From positions 71,596-135,595 of the forward strand of contig CAYUMU010000001.1 in assembly GCA_964445985.1 (NCBI GenBank): a stretch of 64,000 bases of DNA. Reading direction: 5' to 3'. Source of the DNA: an uncultured Pirellulales bacterium. Its GTDB lineage: Bacteria > Planctomycetota > Planctomycetia > Pirellulales > S012-138. The position numbers and the translations under genes were made by a program. Under the pieces are notes generated by a model, which saw only the letters and a list, made by a program, of their open reading frames with translations, searched no databases and was not told where the DNA came from. Positions 57,099-64,000 of this stretch are shown piece by piece. How positions within the stretch are numbered: position 1 is the stretch's first letter; every line of letters begins with the position of its first letter.

Positions 57099-58473
57099 AC
57101 AAATCAGCCGCATGCTCCGCTTTCGGCTGCTGCTCTGGAACGTGGTCGTCATCGTGCTGACCGCGGTCGCCACCCTGCTCGGAATGCAAATCGGCGTCCG
57201 TCGCGCCCTGTTGCACGAAGTCGATACTTTTTTGCTAGACGACGTGGCGTCGCTGCAGGGCGTCGAAATCAATGCCCCGTCGCCTCCCAGCGTGCCGATC
57301 ACGGCCCAGCGGTCGTCGCTGCAACATCACGGGCATGGCCGCTTTGTCGCCGTGTTCGATCATCGGGGCCAACTTCTGTGGGAAAGCGACGATCAGCCTG
57401 GCGATCTGCTCCCTGCGCTACCGCTCAAGAACCTGGGACCAACCCAAACGGCCGGCTTTCGAATCGTGCAACGCTTTGTTACCAGCGCCGAGGGCGCCCC
57501 CATCCTGGTTCGCGTGGGCATACCCTTGGACGTGATCGTGGAAGATGTGCAGCGCGTGGATATGCTGGCCGTGATCGTGGCCTGCATTGTGCTGCTGATT
57601 GCGCCCGTGGTGGGGTACGCACTCACCGGTCGCGTGATTTCGGTGATTCGCGATATTACCGATCGCACCTCGTTGCTCCGACCGGCCAAACTGGACGAAC
57701 GCTTGCCCATTCGCGGCACCGGCGACGAACTCGACCAACTGGCCGCCACCGTCAATGGCCTGCTCGACCGCTTGGCCTCGTATCTGGGCCGGCGCGAAGA
57801 CTTCGTTGCCAATGCGGCGCACGAGCTGCGCACGCCCGTCGCGGCCATTCGCAGCACGGCCGAAGTTGCCCTGGTATTCGGCCGCACCCCGGCCGAATAC
57901 CAGGACATTTTGGACGGCGTGATCGAAGAATGCTCCGGTCTCGACCACCTGGTAAATCAATTGCTGCTGCTGTCGGAAAGTGAAGGCGACCGCCTTCGCA
58001 TTCACGGCGAAAGAGCCCCTCTTCACGAAGTCGTTTCCCGCTCGTGCGAAATGTTCGCCGCCGTGGCCGAATCGCTCGAGATCACGCTCACCGTCAATGT
58101 GCGGCCGGCCGTCGTGGAAGGCAACGCGGCCCACCTCCGCCAGGTGATCAATAATCTACTCGACAACGCACTCAAGTTCACCCCGCCGGGAGGGCGAATC
58201 GACGTGAGCTTGGAGCACAATCGCGACCTGCGGCAAACCGTGCTCCGCGTGGCCAATACCGGGCTCGGCATTGCCGACTACGACCTGCCTTTGATTTTCG
58301 AGCGGTTCTACCAATGCAATAAGTCACGTTCCAGCAACAATGGCCGCCGCGGCACGGGCCTGGGGCTCAGCATTTGCAAAAACATTGTGGAAGCCCACAA
58401 CGGCGCCATTGAAGTCACCAGCGAGCTCAATCAGCTCACGGTGTTCACGGTGACGCTCCCTTTCGCCAGCTAG
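57079..58473 (+). CDS. sensor histidine kinase (two TM helices, HAMP, HisKA, HATPase_c; CusS-like architecture)
   Basis: H-box FVANAAHELRTP, N-box NNLLDNALKFTPPGG, G-boxes GTGLGLSICK. It overlaps the response regulator gene by 20 nt. Confidence 0.9.
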   Translation: MFFARVKQISRMLRFRLLLWNVVVIVLTAVATLLGMQIGVRRALLHEVDTFLLDDVASLQGVEINAPSPPSVPITAQRSSLQHHGHGRFVAVFDHRGQLLWESDDQPGDLLPALPLKNLGPTQTAGFRIVQRFVTSAEGAPILVRVGIPLDVIVEDVQRVDMLAVIVACIVLLIAPVVGYALTGRVISVIRDITDRTSLLRPAKLDERLPIRGTGDELDQLAATVNGLLDRLASYLGRREDFVANAAHELRTPVAAIRSTAEVALVFGRTPAEYQDILDGVIEECSGLDHLVNQLLLLSESEGDRLRIHGERAPLHEVVSRSCEMFAAVAESLEITLTVNVRPAVVEGNAAHLRQVINNLLDNALKFTPPGGRIDVSLEHNRDLRQTVLRVANTGLGIADYDLPLIFERFYQCNKSRSSNNGRRGTGLGLSICKNIVEAHNGAIEVTSELNQLTVFTVTLPFAS

Positions 58474-58813
58474 GAGTGGCCGCCCTTTAAGGGTTTCTCG
58501 CCCCACCGTTTCCAGGTGTATTGGACTTTTGCAGACCCTTCGCAGCCGTCCTCCGGTGCTGCAATTGCCGCATTAATCGCAACCCGACGCGTTAGCGAGG
58601 GACGTTTGCCGGTCTCCTTCGCGGTCGCGTTGGGGCAAGAATCAGCGGCGAGGCGTGCATCCTCCGCGAAAGGGAACGAATCGAGAATCCGTTAAAGTCA
58701 GAAGGGTTTTGATGTGCTTTTCCCCGGTTTGGGCATGTTAGACTGGCGGAAACACGCCAGGGGATTCATTCTTTCCCCCCGGTCATCGTTGAGAGAATGG
58801 GGTCACTCGCACA

Positions 58814-61800
58814 ATGGATCGTCCATTTTCGCACTCCTCGCTAGGACTTTCGCGGCAGCGACAGATCGATTCCATTTGCGACGCGTTTGAAGCGGCCTGG
58901 CAAGCGGGCCAGAACCCGCCCTCGGAGCTCTTTCTAGCTCGTGTGCCGCAATTGGAAAGGATGGCCTTATTAAGGGAACTGCTCCGCTTGGAGCTTACCT
59001 ACCGCCTGGCAGCCAACGAACAGCTGCAGACCGCGGAGTTCCAACACCGGTTCCCTGAGTTTCCGGAGGTTGTTGCCGAGGTTCTCGATCAATTGCCGCA
59101 ATTGGGCGAAACCCGCCTCCGCCGGGTGGCGGAACGCAGTTCCGCCCATCGTACGTTCACGCCTCGCGCTTCTACCGAACCAAGGCTAGCGGCCGATGAC
59201 ACCGCCCAATTTGCAGATGAAACACATGCTTCGCCGCCGCGAAAGCGCTTTGGCAATTACGAACTGCTCCAGCGAATTGGCCGCGGCGGCATGGGCGTTG
59301 TGTACCAGGCTCAACAGATGGAGCCAATCCGCCGCGTCGTGGCGATCAAGATGATTCTGGCGGGGCAATTCGCCGACCCCTGCGACGTCCAGCGGTTTCA
59401 CGCCGAAGCGGAGGCTGCCGCCAGCCTCGATCATCCCGGTATCGTGCCCATCTATGAGGTGGGGCAGCAGGAAGGCCAGAACTACTATTCGATGGCATTT
59501 GTCGAGGGTGAAGGTCTCGCCAAGCGACTGATCGCCGGACCGCTTCCGCCCACCGAGGCCGCCAGCATCGCGCTGCAAATTTCGCAAGCGGTCGCGTACG
59601 CCCACAGCCAGGGCATCATCCATCGCGACCTCAAGCCGGGAAATATTTTGCTCGATGCGAGCAACCGACCCCGCATTACCGACTTTGGCCTGGCCAAGCG
59701 ATTGACCGAAGACAGCGATCGCACGGCCGAAGGCCAAATCCTGGGCACTCCCAGCTATATGCCCCCCGAACAGGCGCGCGGGGAGCGCAGCAGTATTGGG
59801 CCGCGTTCCGATCTCTACGCGCTGGGTGGAATCTTGTACGCCATGCTGACCGGCCGTCCGCCGTTCCAGGCCGCCTCGTTCGAAACCGTACTCCAACAAC
59901 TGATGCAGCTGGAGCCCGTTTCGCCCCGACAGCTCAACCCCGAGGTGCCCAAAGACCTCGAAACCATCTGTCTGAAGTGTTTAGAAAAGGATCCGGCCCG
60001 GCGGTATGAATCCGCCCTCGAACTCGCGAACGATCTGGTCCGGTTTCTTGGCAACAAGCCCATCCACGCGCGCCCCGTTCGCCGGCTGGAGCGCCTGCAA
60101 AAGTGGGTCCGCCGCGATCCCCGAACCGCCCTGCTGTTAACTGCGGTTGTGGCGGCGCTCACCGTGGGCGCCACCATCTCCACCGTTTATTGGCTGCGCT
60201 CCGAACACGCCGCCCACGAATTGCGGCAGACCAATATCAGTTTGGCCGACGCCAATCTTCGGGAGCGCGAAGCCCGCGGTCAGGCCACGCTCCGAGCCCA
60301 AGAGGCCGTCGAAGCTCGCCAGGCCGTGGCATCGGCGCTCGATCGATCCCAAAGCGAACTCGAGTTGGCTCGCCGTCGGTTGTACATCGCCGACATTCAA
60401 CTTGCCGATCAGGCATACCACGAGCAAGACCTGGCTACGCTCCAGCATCTGCTCGAGAAGCATCTTCCTTCGCCCGACTCGGATGCGCCCGACCTGCGCG
60501 ACTGGGAATGGTACTATCTCCGCAGCCGCTGCCAGCAAGACGACCTGACGTTCCGAGCACACTCCCACCGAGTGGAATCCCTTGCTTGGAAGCCCGATGA
60601 AACCGAGGTTGCCTCGGCTGACTCCAGTGGGCAAATCTTGGTTTTTGATCCCCACCACGGCAACGTGCGTCTCCGCTTGAATTATGGCATCGCCAAACAA
60701 TGCCAACTTCACTGGCAGGCCGAAGGCACGTACCTGCTCGCGGTGCTCGCGCCAATCGAGCGGCAGCTTCCCTCCACGCCGTCCGAGCCCTCCCCGATTT
60801 TGGTCTGGGACGCCGCGACCGGCGAGGCAGTGCTTTCCGAAATGGGGCTGGACGCGGTTTGGTCGAGCAGCGGCGACCTTCTGGCTTGGATCGACGCCCA
60901 AAACCAGGTCCGCCTCAGGGAGCCGGCAAAGGCAGAAACTCGGCAGCTAGCTCAATCCGCCACCCAGCCGCTGGCGCTGTGTTTCAACCCCGATGGCTCT
61001 GAGTTGTGCGTCGTGAACAAAACCCACGCTCGCACCCTCAATGTCAGCACCGGCGAGATTCGCTTGGAGATCCCCCTTGCCAGTCCCATGCAGGCCAAAG
61101 TGGCCTGGAGCCATGACCAGCAGAATTTGGCCCTGGCCCTGCAGCCAGCGGCCGGCGGCCCGCAACCACTCATTGTCTACCAGGCGAGCGATGGCAAAGT
61201 GCTACACCGGTTTGCTTTCGAGGGCAATCCCCTGCAATTGCAATGGTCGGCCGACTCGCAACTCTTAAGCCTGCAAGCCTTCGATACGCTGTTTGCCTAC
61301 TCGCTTCCCACGGCGGCCACCACCAGAGTCGCCGCTTATTGCAGCCAGGTGAACGAAACGGCCGGCACTCTTTTGGCGGGCCAGCGCTCCCTTCAACTGC
61401 ATGAGATCGCCGCCGATGGAACCGCCGTGGCACGCAAAACCTGGTTGGGCCATATCGGCACTTTGCGAGCCATCGCCTGGTCGCCCTCGGGACAACGCAT
61501 CGCGTCGGGCGGCGCCGATACCACCGTGCGAATTTGGAATGCTCAGCCCGCGGCAAAACCCCAACTGCTTAGCCCCGATGGCCGCTGGCGGTTCGTCGAT
61601 GAGTATCCCAACCTGAAGATTCACGACACCCGCAACCAACAACCGCCACTACAACTGGCCCGGAACACGATTCGCCAACTGATCTGGGATGCACGCTGCC
61701 AGCGCCTGGCCATGTTGCACGTTCATCCCGCGCAATCCATGGCAGGCCGGCTTACCCCGTCCAGGTCCACGGCTCAAATTTGGGATAGCGCCTCGGGCAT

Positions 61801-62689
61801 GCTCTCGCCCGAAGTTGAAGTTCCCCTGGCGATCGAATTGCACTGGGAACCCAATGGCGAACGATTGATCGTGGCCGGCCAACGCCAGACCATCGGTGTC
61901 GATCCCGTCACCCTGCAGTTGACTCCCCTACTTGCGAAGTTCACCCTGCCAGGCGATGAGCGGATTGTCGGAGTCGATCTCCACGAGCCATCGGGCCGCT
62001 TCGCGCTCACCCTGTGGAAGCAACTCACCCCGACCGCGCTCCGTGCTTATGCTGACAACAAGGATGGCAGTCTCGATGAAACCGGCAATGCCGTGAGAAC
62101 GGTCATTGTGGACGCGGAGGGACAAGTCTTACATGCCTTTTCAGTGCCCGGCTTCCTGCGCAACGTCAGCCGCGCCTCCCTTTGGAACCATCGTGGCGAT
62201 CAATTGGCATTCGCCGCCTGGGACGGTAAACAACGGGAGTCGGTCATCCTGGTCTGGAACCTGCCCGGGGCCAATCGCCCACCCGTGTCCCCCACACCTG
62301 CATCGCCATTCCCGGATGTCGATCCTGCCGATCTCCAGCTATCGAGCGACGGCTTCACCATGCTCCGCGGCCCTGGAGAGCGAGCGGTCTCGCTGCTCTG
62401 GTCGCCCAACGACCGCCGCCTGGCCATTGCTTATCGACCCTTGCCGGCCATGATTCGGATTTGGGATACCGAACAATCCGAACGGCTGATCGATATCGAA
62501 GGGATCGTGCCGCCAGGCAGTGAGCTGCACTGGGAACGCGACGGCCGCGCCGTCGCCTGGTCGGGCACGCATGGGGGCTACGGCATGGGCGAACACGACG
62601 CCTCGCGCGGCTATGAAGCCGCCGACCCGCTGCCGGAAGGTTATTTTCGCCTGCAAGAAAGAGCGCCCCCCGGCGGAGGCTTCTTTTGA
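58814..62689 (+). CDS. Ser/Thr protein kinase with a TM segment, coiled coil and a large WD40/beta-propeller region (1291 aa)
   Basis: Kinase motifs GRGGMGVVY, VAIKMI, HRDLKPGNILL, DFGLAK, GTPSYMPPE. TM segment ALLLTAVVAALTVGATISTVYWL. WD40-like units such as GHIGTLRAIAWSPSGQRIASGGADTTVRIWN. Confidence 0.92.
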   Translation: MDRPFSHSSLGLSRQRQIDSICDAFEAAWQAGQNPPSELFLARVPQLERMALLRELLRLELTYRLAANEQLQTAEFQHRFPEFPEVVAEVLDQLPQLGETRLRRVAERSSAHRTFTPRASTEPRLAADDTAQFADETHASPPRKRFGNYELLQRIGRGGMGVVYQAQQMEPIRRVVAIKMILAGQFADPCDVQRFHAEAEAAASLDHPGIVPIYEVGQQEGQNYYSMAFVEGEGLAKRLIAGPLPPTEAASIALQISQAVAYAHSQGIIHRDLKPGNILLDASNRPRITDFGLAKRLTEDSDRTAEGQILGTPSYMPPEQARGERSSIGPRSDLYALGGILYAMLTGRPPFQAASFETVLQQLMQLEPVSPRQLNPEVPKDLETICLKCLEKDPARRYESALELANDLVRFLGNKPIHARPVRRLERLQKWVRRDPRTALLLTAVVAALTVGATISTVYWLRSEHAAHELRQTNISLADANLREREARGQATLRAQEAVEARQAVASALDRSQSELELARRRLYIADIQLADQAYHEQDLATLQHLLEKHLPSPDSDAPDLRDWEWYYLRSRCQQDDLTFRAHSHRVESLAWKPDETEVASADSSGQILVFDPHHGNVRLRLNYGIAKQCQLHWQAEGTYLLAVLAPIERQLPSTPSEPSPILVWDAATGEAVLSEMGLDAVWSSSGDLLAWIDAQNQVRLREPAKAETRQLAQSATQPLALCFNPDGSELCVVNKTHARTLNVSTGEIRLEIPLASPMQAKVAWSHDQQNLALALQPAAGGPQPLIVYQASDGKVLHRFAFEGNPLQLQWSADSQLLSLQAFDTLFAYSLPTAATTRVAAYCSQVNETAGTLLAGQRSLQLHEIAADGTAVARKTWLGHIGTLRAIAWSPSGQRIASGGADTTVRIWNAQPAAKPQLLSPDGRWRFVDEYPNLKIHDTRNQQPPLQLARNTIRQLIWDARCQRLAMLHVHPAQSMAGRLTPSRSTAQIWDSASGMLSPEVEVPLAIELHWEPNGERLIVAGQRQTIGVDPVTLQLTPLLAKFTLPGDERIVGVDLHEPSGRFALTLWKQLTPTALRAYADNKDGSLDETGNAVRTVIVDAEGQVLHAFSVPGFLRNVSRASLWNHRGDQLAFAAWDGKQRESVILVWNLPGANRPPVSPTPASPFPDVDPADLQLSSDGFTMLRGPGERAVSLLWSPNDRRLAIAYRPLPAMIRIWDTEQSERLIDIEGIVPPGSELHWERDGRAVAWSGTHGGYGMGEHDASRGYEAADPLPEGYFRLQERAPPGGGFF

Positions 62690-62733
62690 TGGCCTCCCCC
62701 CCACGACCAATACAGCTTGAGCATTTCCAAAAT

Positions 62734-64000
62734 TTACTTGGAATCCGCAATCGCTTCCCGGCGTTCGATGTGCCCGCGCAGGTCGGTGGGGCCATTGTAA
62801 GTATAGTGCAGGCGTTCGTTCGCCAACTGCTGCCGTAACACCGCCGGTTGATTGGGCCGTGGTTGCTCGGCCACGTAGCGAACGGTTCGCGCCACCGTCG
62901 CGCGTCCCAGCGCGTCTGTCTGTTCGATCAGGGCGCCGTCCGCCGTGAACGATTCTTCCGCCTCGCCCCGGGTGCGCGTCCAGCCGAGCAGGGTTCCGTC
63001 CGCGTCGTGGCGATAGTCATCGCGCCACGATTTGGGAATGTCCCAGGCAGGGTCGACATAGTTCCCCTTCTCCGCATCGCCGCGATACGTAATGCTCAGC
63101 GGCTGGCCTTGGTCGTTGTAGGTCCGCTCTTCGTTATCCAGCGTGTTCACGCAGAAGAAAGCCGGGGCCGATAGTTGGCTTCCATTATCGGCGAACAACC
63201 CAATCTCGATTCGGTTCGATTCCATTTTCGACCCCGCCGCAATCGGCTGCCGCGGTTGCCACCGCAAAGTGACCTTGGCTTGCCGTCCACCACCCGCCGG
63301 TTCAATCTTCACCTGCTCGGCGTTCCCTCGCAGCAGCACCCAGTGAAAGCTGAGCGGCTTGCCAGCCAGGTCATGGCTCCCCTCGGCCGACAGCACATAA
63401 CTTCGCGCGCCGGCTGTCGAACGCCACACCCGGGCCACGGCCGCCGAAGTATCAAACAGTTTCTCCCGCTCGCCCACATCGAAGCAGTCCCGGCTCAAGA
63501 CAAATTCATCTTCCGTGATCACATCTAGCCGGCTGACTGGCGGCAGCGTTTCCAGCGTCAGGTCGTGTGCCAGCTCAACCATCTTGAGTACATCAAGCTG
63601 GCTACCGTCAAACACCGTGGGGTGCGCCGCCCCGCTCAGATAGTCCTCTGGCTGCTTGACCTGCTGATTCGAGCGGCGAAACACTTGCTGCAACGTGGGG
63701 GCGATCGTGCCCGTGGCGATCAATTTCTGTTTCACCTCGGGCCGCAACGCCGCCAGCGCGCAAGCAAAGGCTCGCAAGAAGGCCTGGTCGCTCCCCGACG
63801 AGCCCTGGCTGATGACCATGTAGGGCGTGTTGGCCGCATACACGTCGCCATGGCCGGTCGCCCTGGGGTCCGCGTCGTCTGCCCCTTTGCCGTTGTGCCC
63901 CGGATCGTGATCGCGATGCTCGGGATAAAAATAGATATGGTTGCTGGCATACTGCTCGGACAGCGTCACCGCCCCGCCTCTCGAGGTATAAGCCGCCCGC
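62734..64000 (-). CDS. hypothetical protein (C-terminal part; the frame is open to the right edge, so the N-terminus is outside the window)
   Basis: The ORF-track GTG at 63969 is preceded by an in-frame stretch open to position 64000 (…RAAYTSRGGA-VTLSEQYASNHIYFYPEHRDHDPGH…). The sequence is not low-complexity. No family recognised. Confidence 0.55.
   Translation of the reverse strand, partial: RAAYTSRGGAVTLSEQYASNHIYFYPEHRDHDPGHNGKGADDADPRATGHGDVYAANTPYMVISQGSSGSDQAFLRAFACALAALRPEVKQKLIATGTIAPTLQQVFRRSNQQVKQPEDYLSGAAHPTVFDGSQLDVLKMVELAHDLTLETLPPVSRLDVITEDEFVLSRDCFDVGEREKLFDTSAAVARVWRSTAGARSYVLSAEGSHDLAGKPLSFHWVLLRGNAEQVKIEPAGGGRQAKVTLRWQPRQPIAAGSKMESNRIEIGLFADNGSQLSAPAFFCVNTLDNEERTYNDQGQPLSITYRGDAEKGNYVDPAWDIPKSWRDDYRHDADGTLLGWTRTRGEAEESFTADGALIEQTDALGRATVARTVRYVAEQPRPNQPAVLRQQLANERLHYTYNGPTDLRGHIERREAIADSK

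Noticed and set aside
1-64000. Window-wide look for CRISPR arrays, IS elements or transposases, integrases, phage genes, rRNA and tRNA
   Set aside because: I saw no regularly spaced direct repeats with spacers, no DDE or tyrosine-recombinase-like translations among the ORFs, and no long terminal inverted repeats bracketing a segment. I also found no rRNA or tRNA signatures. This was a by-eye scan; tRNAscan-SE, Infernal and ISfinder searches would be the definitive check.

Overview
The window is a GC-rich bacterial chromosomal segment. Its gene content looks Planctomycetota-like (a giant multi-domain secretin, a very large Ser/Thr kinase with WD40 repeats, a Cys-rich repeat protein, and a split cytochrome b beside multihaem cytochromes c); this taxonomic call is an inference, not a search result. 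I can support about 47 CDS (two run off the window edges, one is a gene remnant) and a few stem-loops. I recognised no rRNA, tRNA, CRISPR array, transposase, integrase or prophage gene.

The main feature is a co-directional respiratory island of about 19 kb (15992-34559). In order it contains:
- a Rieske protein with a repeat-bearing N-terminal extension
- cytochrome b split into two genes
- a 1646-aa membrane-anchored octahaem cytochrome c with coiled-coil and PDZ-like segments
- two tandem amicyanin-like cupredoxin paralogues
- a dihaem cytochrome c lipoprotein
- an aa3-type oxidase (subunits II, I, III and IV) with the haem A and haem O synthases embedded

The flanks are mostly housekeeping or unknown genes:
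- an orphan giant GspD-type secretin
- S46 and S9 peptidases
- Mn-type SOD
- a PLP-dependent decarboxylase
- pyrB, folK and hpt
- two GT4 glycosyltransferases
- an M50 protease
- a DapA-family lyase
- a CusRS-like two-component pair
- a DUF1704/QEGLA (MATCAP-like) protein
- an antitoxin-like gene followed by a truncated toxin remnant

Many long ORFs in the six-frame track are antisense or out-of-frame shadows of real genes, as is typical of high-GC DNA, and I rejected them. I refined several start codons by reading Shine-Dalgarno spacing and ATGA/GTGA coupling overlaps. All functional calls rest on motifs I read in the translations, not on database searches.
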